Shown: positions 23,829-34,101 of the stretch, piece by piece
How the letters are laid out: each line of letters opens with the position of its first letter
Position numbering within the stretch: position 1 is the first letter of the stretch
Source of the DNA: Pseudomonadota bacterium
Lineage (GTDB): Bacteria; Pseudomonadota; Alphaproteobacteria; Rhizobiales; UBA4765
Assembly: GCA_041694995.1 (NCBI GenBank)
Contig: JBGFRS010000022.1
Coordinates: 16,996 to 80,995, forward strand
DNA length: 64,000 nt
Reading direction: 5' to 3'
Position numbers and translations under genes: made by a program
The notes under the pieces: generated by a model
What the model was told of the DNA's origin: nothing
The model's input: only the letters and a program-made list of their open reading frames with translations
The model's database searches: none

Positions 23829-24551
23829 TCAAACCTCCTTAAAGCGGTATCCGACGCCGTACAGGGTCTCGATCATCTCGAAATCCGGATCGACCACTTT
23901 GAACTTCTTGCGCAACCGCTTGATGTGGCTGTCGATGGTGCGATCATCGACATAGACCTGATCGTCATAGGCCGCGTCCATCAGCGCGTTGCGGGACTTC
24001 ACCACGCCGGGGCGCTGGGCGAGCGCGTGCAGGATGAGGAATTCGGTGACGGTCAAGGTAACCGGTTGGCCCTGCCAGGTGCAGGTGTGGCGCTCGGGAT
24101 CCATCTTGAGCGCACCGCGCTCCAGCACCTTGTTGGACAGGTCGCCACTCTTCGCAGTCGAGACCGCCGTTGACCCGTTTGGGTCCTTGCTGCCACCGCG
24201 ACGCAGGACCGCTTTGACCCGCTCCACCAGCAGACGCTGCGAAAAGGGTTTGCGGATGAAGTCATCGGCGCCCATCTTAAGCCCGAACAGCTCGTCGATC
24301 TCCTCGTCCTTGGAAGTAAGGAAGATCACGGGCAGTTCGGATTTCTGGCGCAGGCGGCGCAGGAGCTCCATTCCGTCCATGCGCGGCATCTTGATGTCCA
24401 GGATGGCGAGGTCCGGCGGGTTCGTCTTGAAACCGTCCAGCGCCGAAGCGCCATCCGTGTAGGTCGTGATACGGTACCCTTCGTTCTCGAGCGCGATTGA
24501 GACGGAGGTGAGGATGTTGCGGTCGTCATCGACCAGGGCGATCGTGGGCAT
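23829..24551 (-). CDS. chvI: Response regulator ChvI
   Basis: [22 protein letters not shown]...[18 protein letters not shown]...[10 protein letters not shown]. Confidence 0.97.
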   Translation of the reverse strand: MPTIALVDDDRNILTSVSIALENEGYRITTYTDGASALDGFKTNPPDLAILDIKMPRMDGMELLRRLRQKSELPVIFLTSKDEEIDELFGLKMGADDFIRKPFSQRLLVERVKAVLRRGGSKDPNGSTAVSTAKSGDLSNKVLERGALKMDPERHTCTWQGQPVTLTVTEFLILHALAQRPGVVKSRNALMDAAYDDQVYVDDRTIDSHIKRLRKKFKVVDPDFEMIETLYGVGYRFKEV

Positions 24552-24608
24552 GGAACCTCGCGGTGTGCCTCGGGGAACCGGGACATTAGAACGAAGCGGG
24601 GCCGAATT

Positions 24609-25436
24609 GTGACAGAGAGCGCCGATAAGGGAAAGCCAAAAGGGCGGACCGCGGTGTCAGAGTCGCGCGGGTCCTCGATCACCGACCCGAAACTCGACCT
24701 TCCGGAGGGCGCTGCCCGCCCCTTCGACGCCCCGGGCCTCGCCAAGATGCTCCTGCGGACGCGCCGCGCGGGCGCGCTCGCGACGAACGACCCGGAATCG
24801 GGCCATCCACTCGCAACGCTCGTCACGGTTGCGACCGATGTCGACGGCGCGCCGCTCCTCTTCCTCTCAGGGCTGTCGCTGCATACGCGCAATCTCATGC
24901 GCGACGGGCGCGGCTCACTCCTCCTCGCTGAAACGGGCAAGGGCGACCCGCTTGCCTATCCGCGTCTGACGCTCGTCGGGGGTTTCACCCGGACTGACGC
25001 TGCAGCCCTCAAGCGGCGCTTTCTCGTGAAGCATCCCAAGGCACAACTCTATGCCGGATTGCCGGACTTCGCGATCTGGCGTCTCACCGTCACGGGTGTC
25101 CACCTCAATGGCGGCTTCGCCCGGGCCGCCGCTTTGGCCCCCACCGACGTTCTTCTCGATCTTTCGGGCGCGGATGCTCTGATCGCGGCCGAGGCGGATG
25201 CCATCGCGCACATGAACAGCGACCACGCGGACACGGTCGCGCTCTATGCAACCGAGCTCGCGGGCGAGGCGCCCGGCGCTTGGGTTGTAACCGGGATAGA
25301 CCCCGAAGGCCTCGATCTTGCTGCCGGGGATCGCACCACCCGCGTGCCGTTCCCGCGCCGGGTGGCGACGCCGGGCATTCTTGCCAAGGTTCTCAAGGAG
25401 ATGGCGACAGAGGCGCGCAATCGACCTCCCCGTTGA
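24609..25436 (+). CDS. HugZ-family pyridoxamine 5'-phosphate oxidase-like protein (start uncertain)
   Basis: [33 protein letters not shown] and HMNSDH motifs. Confidence 0.85.
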   Translation: MTESADKGKPKGRTAVSESRGSSITDPKLDLPEGAARPFDAPGLAKMLLRTRRAGALATNDPESGHPLATLVTVATDVDGAPLLFLSGLSLHTRNLMRDGRGSLLLAETGKGDPLAYPRLTLVGGFTRTDAAALKRRFLVKHPKAQLYAGLPDFAIWRLTVTGVHLNGGFARAAALAPTDVLLDLSGADALIAAEADAIAHMNSDHADTVALYATELAGEAPGAWVVTGIDPEGLDLAAGDRTTRVPFPRRVATPGILAKVLKEMATEARNRPPR

Positions 25437-25632
25437 AACGCGCGGGGAAGGGGGTCGCACGGAGCCTTCACCACGTTCCGAGACGGGGAAGAAGCGCCAA
25501 AGCCCCCGCCATTGATCCTACGCCGTCTTTTCTTTACAGAGCGCCGACCGTGGAGTTCGGGTCCGACGCGACAGGCTTCGTCTGCCCGAGGAGGGGCTCC
25601 GACAGCGGCCATTCGTCAGGCGGAGGTTCATC

Positions 25633-27246
25633 GTGATCGAAACCGGCATTGTGAACGGCGCCGCACGGGCCGATAGCTTCGGTCTCCGCAACCTTGCCGC
25701 CATTCACTGGAACGCCAGCGAAGCGACGCTCTACGAAGCCGCGGTGGCGCGGGGTGAGGCTCGCACCGTCGCGAGCGGCGCCCTCGTTGCCGGAACCGGC
25801 GCGCATACGGGCCGTTCGCCCAAGGACAAGTTCGTCGTTCGCGATGCCGCGACCGAGAACGAAGTCTGGTGGGACAACAACGCAGCGATGACGCGCGACG
25901 CCTTCGACGCGCTCATGGCCGACATGCTCGCCCACGCCGAAGGCAAGGAGCTGTTCGTACAGGACCTGTTCGGCGGCGCCGACCCGAAATACCGCCTCAA
26001 CGTGCGCGTCTATGTCGAGAAGGCATGGCACGCGCTCTTCATCCGCCATCTCTTGCGCCGGCCCGATCGGCTCGAACTGGCGGACTTCGTGCCCGAGATG
26101 ACGATCCTGGATCTTCCTTCCTTCAAGGCGGATCCGAAAAAGTACGGCGTGCGCTCGGAAACGGTCATCGCCTGCGACTTCACGCGCAAGATCGTGCTCA
26201 TCGCCGGCACGGCCTATGCCGGCGAGATGAAGAAGTCGGTCTTCACGTTCCTGAACTATTTGTTGCCCGCGCGGGGCGTAATGCCGATGCATTGCGCGGC
26301 GAATGTCGGCTCGCGCGGCGATGCAGCCGTGTTCTTCGGCCTGTCCGGCACGGGTAAGACCACGTTGTCGGCGGACAAGAATCGCGCGCTCATCGGCGAT
26401 GACGAGCACGGCTGGGGCGATGACGGCATCTTCAATTTCGAAGGCGGCTGCTACGCCAAGATGATCAAGCTCTCGCGCGAGGCGGAGCCGGAGATCTACG
26501 AGGCCGTCTCGCGCTTCCCCGCCGTGCTCGAGAACGTGACCATCGATCCGATCACGCGGCTCCCCGATTTCGACGATGGCGCACGCACGGAGAACACGCG
26601 CGGCGCCTACCCGCTCGAATTCATTCCGAATGCGTCCGAGTCCGGGCGTGCCGGCCATCCGAAGAACATCGTGATGCTCACCGCCGATGCCTTCGGCGTG
26701 ATGCCGCCGATCGCGAAACTCACGCCGGCGCAAGCGATGTATCACTTCCTCTCGGGCTACACGGCGAAGGTCGCCGGCACCGAACGCGGTGTGACCGAAC
26801 CTTCCGCAACCTTCTCGACCTGCTTCGGCGCTCCGTTCATGCCGCGCCATCCGTCCGCCTATGGCGAGATGCTCAAGCGCCTGATGGCCGAGCACGGGGT
26901 CGATTGCTGGCTGGTCAACACCGGCTGGACCGGCGGGTCCTACGGCACCGGACGGCGCATGCCGATCCAGGTGACGCGCACGCTTCTCAACGCTGCGCTC
27001 GACGGTTCGCTCAAGGGCGCCCAGTTCCGCACCGATCCCTATTTCGGCTTCACGGTGCCGACCTCGGTTGCTGGCGTGCCGCCGCATATCCTGAACCCGT
27101 TCAAGACGTGGCAGGACAAGGCCGGCTTCGATGCGACCGCGCGCCGGCTCGTCGGCATGTTCCGCGACAATTTCGCGAAGTTCGAAGCGCACGTCGACGT
27201 CGACGTAAAGGCCGCCGCGCCGACGATCCGCCTCGCTGCGGAGTGA
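25633..27246 (+). CDS. pckA: Phosphoenolpyruvate carboxykinase (ATP)
   Basis: [27 protein letters not shown] and NFEGGCYAK motifs. Confidence 0.98.
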   Translation: MIETGIVNGAARADSFGLRNLAAIHWNASEATLYEAAVARGEARTVASGALVAGTGAHTGRSPKDKFVVRDAATENEVWWDNNAAMTRDAFDALMADMLAHAEGKELFVQDLFGGADPKYRLNVRVYVEKAWHALFIRHLLRRPDRLELADFVPEMTILDLPSFKADPKKYGVRSETVIACDFTRKIVLIAGTAYAGEMKKSVFTFLNYLLPARGVMPMHCAANVGSRGDAAVFFGLSGTGKTTLSADKNRALIGDDEHGWGDDGIFNFEGGCYAKMIKLSREAEPEIYEAVSRFPAVLENVTIDPITRLPDFDDGARTENTRGAYPLEFIPNASESGRAGHPKNIVMLTADAFGVMPPIAKLTPAQAMYHFLSGYTAKVAGTERGVTEPSATFSTCFGAPFMPRHPSAYGEMLKRLMAEHGVDCWLVNTGWTGGSYGTGRRMPIQVTRTLLNAALDGSLKGAQFRTDPYFGFTVPTSVAGVPPHILNPFKTWQDKAGFDATARRLVGMFRDNFAKFEAHVDVDVKAAAPTIRLAAE

Positions 27247-27329
27247 GATGGAGCCTCAGCCACGCGAAACACTTGCGAGTTCTCTGGAACCCGTTTTGAC
27301 AATCGCGGACGGCACGTGTCCCGCGCGCC

Positions 27330-27887
27330 TCAGCTTGCGCGCACCTCCTGCACCTCGGGCACGAAGTGCCGGAGAAGATTCTGGATGCCGCCGCGCAGCG
27401 TTGCCGTCGAGGACGGGCAGCCTTGGCACGAGCCGCGCATGTTGAGGTAGACGATGCCATCGGCATATTTGCGGAAGGTGATGTCGCCGCCATCCTGCGC
27501 GACCGCCGGGCGCACGCGCGTCTCGAGGAGTTCCTTGATCGTTTCGACGATCTCGGCGTCCTTCGGGTCGAATTCCTCTTCCCCCGCCTCTTCGGGCTTC
27601 GCCGTGTTCATCACCGGCTGGCCCGACATGTAGTGTTCCATGATGACGCCGAGGATCGCGGGCTTGAGATGCGGCCACTGCGCCTCGCCCTTCGTCACCG
27701 TGATGAAGTCGGGCCCGAAGAAGACGCCGGTCACGCCAGCGATGCCGAAGAGCTTGCCGGCGAGCAGCGATTGCGTCGCGGCTTCCGCCGGATCGCGGAA
27801 GTCGCGCGTCCCCGTGCCGAGGACGTCGCGGCCGGGGAGGAACTTCAACGTCGCCGGATTGGGGGTCGCTTCGGTCTGAATGAACAT
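27330..27887 (-). CDS. NifU/NfuA-family Fe-S carrier
   Basis: MFIQTEATPNPATLKFLPG...RPAVAQDGGDI...GSCQGCPSS. Confidence 0.95.
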   Translation of the reverse strand: MFIQTEATPNPATLKFLPGRDVLGTGTRDFRDPAEAATQSLLAGKLFGIAGVTGVFFGPDFITVTKGEAQWPHLKPAILGVIMEHYMSGQPVMNTAKPEEAGEEEFDPKDAEIVETIKELLETRVRPAVAQDGGDITFRKYADGIVYLNMRGSCQGCPSSTATLRGGIQNLLRHFVPEVQEVRAS

Positions 27888-28000
27888 GAGAACCTCCTCG
27901 GGCGGTCAAGACGCCTGGGACGGCGGAGTGTAGCGCGGATTCGACGATCTTCGTAGCGTTCGCAACCACAGATCGGGCGTGACGCGCCCGCCGTCAAGGG

Positions 28001-28513
28001 TCAGGCCAGCGCATCGATCTCGTGATCGGTCAGATCACCGGGCACGATGGTGATCGGGATCGGGAAGGTGCCGGAGGCCTTGCCCGCCAAGGTCGAGACC
28101 AGGGGTCCGGGCCCTTCGCGTCCCGTGCCGGCGGCAAGGACCAGGATCGCAACGTCCTCGTCCTCGGCAATGACGGTGGCGATCACCTCGGCCTTGTCGC
28201 CTTCGCGCACGAGACGCTCGGGCTCGATGCCTGAGACGGCGCGCGCGCGGGCGGAGGCTGCTTCCAGCGCGGCCTCTGCAGCATCCTTCGCCTCCTGCCG
28301 CATCATTTCCTCGACGCCGCGCCAGGTCTGCCCGTCCGGCGGTTCGGTGATGGCGAGCATCAAGACTGAACCGCCGGTCGACTGCGCACGCCGCGAGGCA
28401 AAGTAGATGGCGCGGTCGCACTCCACCGTGTCGTCCACCACGATCAGGAACTTTCGGCGGTGGCCCGGCTCCGTCGAGCGGCGCCGGCTGCGGCGCGGCG
28501 TCGTATCGTCCAT
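28001..28513 (-). CDS. Universal stress protein
   Basis: RKFLIVVDDTVEC, LVLAAG-x4-GPGPLV and PITIVPG motifs; ATG 28513. Confidence 0.9.
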   Translation of the reverse strand: MDDTTPRRSRRRSTEPGHRRKFLIVVDDTVECDRAIYFASRRAQSTGGSVLMLAITEPPDGQTWRGVEEMMRQEAKDAAEAALEAASARARAVSGIEPERLVREGDKAEVIATVIAEDEDVAILVLAAGTGREGPGPLVSTLAGKASGTFPIPITIVPGDLTDHEIDALA

Positions 28514-28636
28514 GCCAGTGACCCTATCGCTGACCCCTGAAGGTGCATCATGGCCTGCAGGGGCCGTGCCCGGCAACTGGGCCACCCACTTGAAGATGGA
28601 TCGTTGTGAGCGCAAGGTGCGCGCCCCGAAGTCTCG

Positions 28637-28936
28637 ATGTCCGACGTCATCCCTCCTGACGCGTTTTCGCGTGAACTTGCCATCACCAACAAGCGCGGCT
28701 TGCACGCCCGCGCCTCGGCCAAATTCGTGCAGGTCGTCGAGCGCTATGCGGATTCGGCGACGATTTGGGTCTCACGCGCCGGAGAAACGGTCGGCGGCAT
28801 GTCGATCATGGGTTTGATGATGCTTGCAGCCGGCCCCGGCACGTCGATCGTCATTTCTGCCCATGGCCCGCAAGCCGCCGCAGCGTTGGAGGAACTCGTC
28901 GCCCTCGTGGCCAACCGATTCGGAGAGGACGAGTAG
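28637..28936 (+). CDS. HPr/NPr phosphocarrier protein
   Basis: NKRGLHARASAKFV and SIMGLMMLAA motifs. Confidence 0.95.
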   Translation: MSDVIPPDAFSRELAITNKRGLHARASAKFVQVVERYADSATIWVSRAGETVGGMSIMGLMMLAAGPGTSIVISAHGPQAAAALEELVALVANRFGEDE

Positions 28937-28939
28937 TAT

Positions 28940-28954
28940 ATTTGAATATCAAAT
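28940..28954. promoter_or_regulatory. Palindromic operator candidate (LysR-type T-N11-A) in the AT-rich icd upstream region
   Basis: ATTTGA-ATA-TCAAAT perfect inverted repeat within an AT-rich tract. Confidence 0.45.
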
Positions 28955-29054
28955 CCTTCATCGAATGATTATTTATTTCAAAAATTCTTTTGCGCTCCCT
29001 ATGTCTAACCTAGCGCCACGCGCTGATCCGCACTGGGACAATGGAGCTGTAGCC

Positions 29055-30542
29055 ATGACGACCCATGCCACCATCGATCCGAAAACCGCAACCGCGCTCA
29101 GTGCTGCCGTGCCGATCACGGTCGCCTATGGCGACGGGATTGGGCCAGAGATCATGAAAGCTTCTCTCAAGGTGTTGCAGGCGGCCGGTGGGCGCCTTGC
29201 GATCGAGGAGATTGCCATCGGCGAGAAAGTCTACACCGCCGGCAATACGGCCGGGATCGAGCCCTCCTCCTGGGACTCCTTGCGGCGCACGAAGGTCTTC
29301 TACAAGGCGCCGATCACGACACCGCAGGGTGGGGGCTTCAAGTCGCTCAACGTTACGGTGCGCAAGACGCTCGGCCTCTACGCGAACGTTCGACCGTGCG
29401 TCGCCTATGCACCGTTCATCGCGACTAAGCATGGCGGCATGGACGTCGTCATCGTGCGAGAGAACGAGGAAGACCTCTACGCTGGCATCGAGCATCGGCA
29501 GACCGATGAGGTCTATCAGTGCCTCAAGATCATCTCGCGGCCGGGATGCGAGAAGATCGTGCGCTATGCCTTCGAGTACGCCAAGGCGAATGGGCGCAAG
29601 AAGGTGACCTGCTTCACCAAAGACAACATCATGAAGCTCACCGACGGCCTGTTCCACAAGGTCTTCGACGAGATCGGGGCCGCTTATCCCGACATCGAAA
29701 AGGAGCACTGGATCGTCGACATCGGCGCAGCGAAGCTTGCCGACAAGCCCGGACAATTCGATGTCCTCGTGATGCCGAACCTGTACGGGGACATCCTTTC
29801 CGACATCGCGGCCGAGATCGCAGGCTCGGTCGGCCTCGCGCCCTCTTCCAACATCGGCGAGCACTGCGCCATGTTCGAGGCGATCCACGGCTCGGCGCCC
29901 CGCCGCGCCGGGCAGGACGTGGCGAATCCGTCCGGCCTGCTCCTCGCTGGCGTGATGATGCTCGTGCACATCGGGCAGCCGGAGGTGGCGGAGAAGGTAC
30001 ACAACGCCTGGCTTGCGACCATTGAGGATGGCGTGCACACCTACGACATCTTCGATCCGGCGGTGTCGAAGGAGAAGGTCGGCACGTCCGCTTTCGCCGA
30101 TGCGATCATCGCGCGCCTCGGCCAGATGCCGAAGACCATGAAGCCGGTGCGCTATGGCGCGGGCAAAGGGTTCGAACTCAAACCTTATGTGCGGACCTAC
30201 ACTCCAGCCGTGAAAAACCTCGTCGGCATCGACGTCTTCGTGAACCATCTCGGTAATGCCGACGAACTCGCGCCGCGCCTGCAGAAAGCGCAGAATGGCG
30301 CGTTCGAACTCACGATGATCACCAATCGCGGCGTGAAGGTATGGCCGGGCGGTCTGCCCGAGACCTTCTGCACCGATCACTGGCGGTGCCGTTTCATGGC
30401 GAAGCCAGGCAAGCAGCTTAACAAGGCGATGATCGCCGAGCTCCTCGCACGGCTCGCGCAGGACGGCGTCGATTTCGTGAAGACCGAGCATCTGTTCACC
30501 TTCGACGGCGAACCGGGCTTCTCACTCGGCCAAGGGCAGTGA
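29055..30542 (+). CDS. icd: NADP-dependent isocitrate dehydrogenase (long form with C-terminal extension)
   Basis: GDGIGPEI, KAPITTPQGGGFKSLNV, NLYGDILSD, FEAIHGSAP and TFCTDHWRCRF motifs. Confidence 0.95.
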   Translation: MTTHATIDPKTATALSAAVPITVAYGDGIGPEIMKASLKVLQAAGGRLAIEEIAIGEKVYTAGNTAGIEPSSWDSLRRTKVFYKAPITTPQGGGFKSLNVTVRKTLGLYANVRPCVAYAPFIATKHGGMDVVIVRENEEDLYAGIEHRQTDEVYQCLKIISRPGCEKIVRYAFEYAKANGRKKVTCFTKDNIMKLTDGLFHKVFDEIGAAYPDIEKEHWIVDIGAAKLADKPGQFDVLVMPNLYGDILSDIAAEIAGSVGLAPSSNIGEHCAMFEAIHGSAPRRAGQDVANPSGLLLAGVMMLVHIGQPEVAEKVHNAWLATIEDGVHTYDIFDPAVSKEKVGTSAFADAIIARLGQMPKTMKPVRYGAGKGFELKPYVRTYTPAVKNLVGIDVFVNHLGNADELAPRLQKAQNGAFELTMITNRGVKVWPGGLPETFCTDHWRCRFMAKPGKQLNKAMIAELLARLAQDGVDFVKTEHLFTFDGEPGFSLGQGQ

Positions 30543-30585
30543 ACGCCGGCCCTGTGAAACGACAAGGGGCCGCGAGAGGCCGCCC

Positions 30586-31017
30586 TTACCGTTTGCGGGC
30601 GACGAGCGCTGCGACCAGGTGCTTTTGAGCGACGGGGTTCATAGCCGATAGTGCAATTATTGCACGCTCGGCCAGCCGCACGAACTTCTCGACATCGAAC
30701 GGACGCTCTAAGCTGCTACCCGAGGGCACGCGAACGTTGAACCAGATGTAGGCGAACCGCTCGTCTCCGAAGGCCCGCAATGCAGCCTGAGCGCGATTGG
30801 CAGCATCAAGGGACACCGTAACCGGAATTGCCCGGTGTCCCTCCGCAAACTCGACGTCTACGTATGTTGAGGGATCACCGTCATGGTCATCGGCGACGCG
30901 CACGTTCAGCCCGGCAAAACCATCTGCGCCAAGCTCGCGCTGCAGCACTGGAGCAATGACGCCACGTGCCTGATCAAGAATCAGTATGGGTATATTTCCG
31001 ACTTTTAAGGATAGCAC
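30586..31017 (-). CDS. Hypothetical protein with DDHDGDP...GDERFAY motif (start uncertain)
   Basis: 143-codon ORF with protein-like composition and atypical codon usage. Confidence 0.5.
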   Translation of the reverse strand: MLSLKVGNIPILILDQARGVIAPVLQRELGADGFAGLNVRVADDHDGDPSTYVDVEFAEGHRAIPVTVSLDAANRAQAALRAFGDERFAYIWFNVRVPSGSSLERPFDVEKFVRLAERAIIALSAMNPVAQKHLVAALVARKR

Positions 31018-31053
31018 GAAGAGGTGGGTGCCGCACTTGCTTCCTTGCGCTCC

Positions 31054-31407
31054 TCAGACTGCCGCGCTCACCTGAATCTCGACGAGCATCTCCGGCGCCG
31101 CGAGCTTCGCTTCGACGGTCGCGCGCACAGGCAGCGCGTTCTGGTCGACCCATTCGATCCACGCTTCGTTGACACCGGCGCGATGACGGATGTCGCTCAC
31201 CCAGATATAGGCGGTCAGCAGCTTTTTCTTGGACGTCCCGAATTCCTTGAGGACCTTGTCGATCGTCTTCAGGATCTGCTTCGCTTGTCCCTTCGCGTCC
31301 TGATTGAGATTGTCGGCGACGATGCCAGCCGTGGTGACGACACCGTTGTAGATGACGCCGTGAGAGAGAAGCTTGTTGTCGTCGAGCTTGACGCGCTTGA
31401 TGGTCAT
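31054..31407 (-). CDS. RidA/YjgF family protein (YoaB-like)
   Basis: QAKQILKTID, VNEAWIEWV and PVRATVEAKLAAPEMLVEI motifs. Confidence 0.9.
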   Translation of the reverse strand: MTIKRVKLDDNKLLSHGVIYNGVVTTAGIVADNLNQDAKGQAKQILKTIDKVLKEFGTSKKKLLTAYIWVSDIRHRAGVNEAWIEWVDQNALPVRATVEAKLAAPEMLVEIQVSAAV

Positions 31408-31978
31408 GGAAGGCCTCTACGAGATGAACGGCCCTCTCTTACGCATGGTGGTGCGGTTGGGCAAAGGGAATCCGCGAACAACCGACCTGAGGATGCCGCG
31501 CGCCGCGGCGCACCGCGGCCCTGCCGACAGGTGCAGCTCATCGGTCGCGTCCGCGCAGGCATCGAGCGTCACGTTCGCCACGGAACCGCGATGACCGCCG
31601 AAATCCCGGCCGCAGCTCGGTGCACAGGCCGTCCACCGGATAGAGATCAAAGAAGCCGGCTCGAAGACGAAATCCACCTGATCGAACCCGTGGCGCGCGG
31701 CGGTGTCATCCGGATCGCGCGGGAAGGAACTTCGGAACCGCGCGGTGCGGCAGTTCGCGGTCAAAGGAGATCGCGGGCAGGGCGCGCGGGACGCAATCAT
31801 CGGCATCCTCGCAGTTTGGGCCCAAGCCGCACTGTCACGCGGATGCAGACAGAGAACGGCACGGCCGACACGGCCGGTACTCGCAACCGCACGCGCAGAA
31901 GCCTTCTTGATGCTCTATGGGCGACGCTGTACCACATCAGGCGACCATGGGCCGCTGCGGACCGTCGGGCACGTTACG

Positions 31979-32665
31979 TCAACGCGCTCCGCCGCAAGTT
32001 GCAATCAGCGCCATCATGTGTGTCGGCACCGGCGCCTCGATGTTGATCGGTGCTTTCTTGGCGTAGAGCGGCACCTCGATCGCGCGGGCGTGCAGGTGCA
32101 AGCGCCGATCGATTCCCCGCGCGGGACCCCCACCATAGACGCCATCGCCCACGATCGGGCAGCCGAGATGGGACATGTGCACGCGCAATTGGTGCGTACG
32201 CCCCGTTTCAGGATTGAGTTCCAAGAAGCTGACGCCCGCTCCCTTTCCGAGCACGCGCCAATGAGTGAGCGAAGGAAGGCCCGACTCATCGACCTTCATC
32301 CACCAAGACCGTCTGTCGTGGCTCCTGCGCGCAAGCGGCGCCGCGCACAGTCCTTCATCGGCCGGGGGGCCACCCGCGACGATGGCCCAGTACGTCTTCC
32401 GCACGGCACCGGACGCGAAGAGCTCGCCTAGACGCGCCGTCGCCTTGCGATGCCGCCCGAGCACGAGGCAGCCGGAGGTATCCTTGTCGAGCCGATGCGC
32501 CAAGGCGGGGTCGTGCGGCAGCCCGAAACGCAAGGCCGCGAGGTGCTTCTCGAGATGGTCACCCCCCTTCGGGCCCGCATGCACTGGTAGGCCCGCCGGC
32601 TTGTCGATCACCAGCATGAACGCGTCGCGGTAGAGAAGCCGCGCGAGAAGGTCATCCGCGGTCAT
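31979..32665 (-). CDS. RluA-family pseudouridine synthase
   Basis: DKPAGLPVH, HRLDKDTSG, TGRTHQLRVH and LHLHA motifs. Confidence 0.95.
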   Translation of the reverse strand: MTADDLLARLLYRDAFMLVIDKPAGLPVHAGPKGGDHLEKHLAALRFGLPHDPALAHRLDKDTSGCLVLGRHRKATARLGELFASGAVRKTYWAIVAGGPPADEGLCAAPLARRSHDRRSWWMKVDESGLPSLTHWRVLGKGAGVSFLELNPETGRTHQLRVHMSHLGCPIVGDGVYGGGPARGIDRRLHLHARAIEVPLYAKKAPINIEAPVPTHMMALIATCGGAR

Positions 32666-32699
32666 CTTGAGCTGTCCCTGCCGCAGTGGGGTCGCATCC

Positions 32700-32930
32700 T
32701 GCCTTCAGTCGGTGACAACCCGACCTCCGTTCCGGCCTGCCAGCGTCAGCAAGGAGGCTCTGCCCGATCCGCCTCTCGGCGATCGCGCCAAGCCGCAAGG
32801 CCCGCAATCCCGCGGTCTGCTCCTCACTCGCCGTCACCGGAGATTTGCCGACCATGTCCCGCTCCTGCGAACCAGGGCCAAGACGGAATCACGGCCAACA
32901 TCCATTGGCCAGCCAGGTCAAACCTGCTTA
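32700..32930 (-). mobile_element. Degraded 5' fragment of an IS630-like element (left end plus frameshifted HTH N-terminus)
   Basis: AGGAG then ATG 32855 MVGKSPVTASEEQTAGLRAL; frameshifted continuations RDRREADRA and LLTLAGRNGGRV resemble recalled IS630 transposase N-termini; TAAGCAGGTTTGAC near 32930 is a candidate TA-flanked end. Confidence 0.6.
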
Positions 32931-32976
32931 GACCCCGTCACGGTTTTCCGGTCTCTCGACCTTGGAGGCTTGCAGA

Positions 32977-34101
32977 TTAAGGAGGCCAGGGCGCCTGCAT
33001 CGCAGCCCGTTTCCGCTCGATGATCTGCTGCGAGCTGCGCTCAAGGTAATAGGCGACGGTCTCCACCCGAATCTTGATCGAGCCCGCCGGCTTCGTCGAG
33101 TCCAGTTCCTGGAAGGAGAAGAAGAGTGTGCCGGAGCGCTCGACGATCTGTTGAACCGGCGTGAACGTCGGCTGATCCATGCCGCATTCGTAGCTGGTCA
33201 GCCGGATCGCGCAGCTGATCCACGGTACGCGGGCGGCGACCTTGGCGCCCCACAGGATCTCGTTGGTGTTGGCGCTGTAGGACGACGGCCAGACGTCGCT
33301 GACATCGAACGGCGAGCGGATGATACCGGCGCGGACTTCCTCGCCGAAGATCCACTCCATCAAATCGTCGTCGATCGGGAAGTATTGCATCCACAGGATC
33401 GGGTAGCCGTAGGCTTGGAGGTCAGCCTCGATCTCATGTCCGATGCCGGCGTCCATGTGGTAGGGGCGCGCCAGCACCATGATTGCCGGGCGGTCCTCGC
33501 GCGCGCACCATTCCAGCATCTTGCGGCTCTTGGCGCGGAGGGCGGCATTGAAGGCTCGCAGCGTCCGGTAGCCCTCCTGCACCGCCTCCCCGGTCTCCTC
33601 CGGGGTGAGACCGTCGAGCACGTCGGCGAGAGATTCGTAGAGCTGGCGCGGCACCAGTTTCGGCTCCGCCATGGTTACCAGCGGCGAGATGTGGCGGATG
33701 CCGTTTTCGGCGAAGACGTCCGTCTCCTTGATGAACCCGGCCTTGATGGTCTCAGGCGCGGCCATGACGCGCGGGCAGGCGAGGGAATCGGAGACATGGC
33801 CGAGCAAGAAGGAATCGAGGGAATAGATCATCGGCGAGAAGAGGATGTCGATCTTGCGCTTCTGGCCGAAGATGAGTTCGCCGTAGTGGCCGGCGCCGCA
33901 CTTCACCGGGTAGCAGCAGTCGACCGTGCCACGGCCGCGGCCGTATTCCCGCATCTGCTCCTCCGAGGTATCCCCGGAGAAGATGATGCGGTTGCTGGGG
34001 ACGCCGAGCGCGCTAAAGAAGCCAAGCCAGAATTGGTGCGTGGTCCAGATGTTGAGAAGCTTAGGGATGCCGATCCTGAGCTTGCTCCGCGCCTGCCGCA
34101 C
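32977..34101 (-). CDS. DUF2229 / acyl-CoA dehydratase-activase-related Fe-S protein (PlsA reductase-domain-like)
   Basis: RIGIPKLLN, DCCYPVK, SLACPRV, LARPYH and SYECGMD motifs; GTG 34101 preceded by GGAGAGG. Confidence 0.85.
   Translation of the reverse strand: MRQARSKLRIGIPKLLNIWTTHQFWLGFFSALGVPSNRIIFSGDTSEEQMREYGRGRGTVDCCYPVKCGAGHYGELIFGQKRKIDILFSPMIYSLDSFLLGHVSDSLACPRVMAAPETIKAGFIKETDVFAENGIRHISPLVTMAEPKLVPRQLYESLADVLDGLTPEETGEAVQEGYRTLRAFNAALRAKSRKMLEWCAREDRPAIMVLARPYHMDAGIGHEIEADLQAYGYPILWMQYFPIDDDLMEWIFGEEVRAGIIRSPFDVSDVWPSSYSANTNEILWGAKVAARVPWISCAIRLTSYECGMDQPTFTPVQQIVERSGTLFFSFQELDSTKPAGSIKIRVETVAYYLERSSQQIIERKRAAMQAPWPP

Noticed and set aside
30548..30586. Terminator after icd
   Set aside because: Imperfect GC stem with a long loop and no U-tract; not supportable
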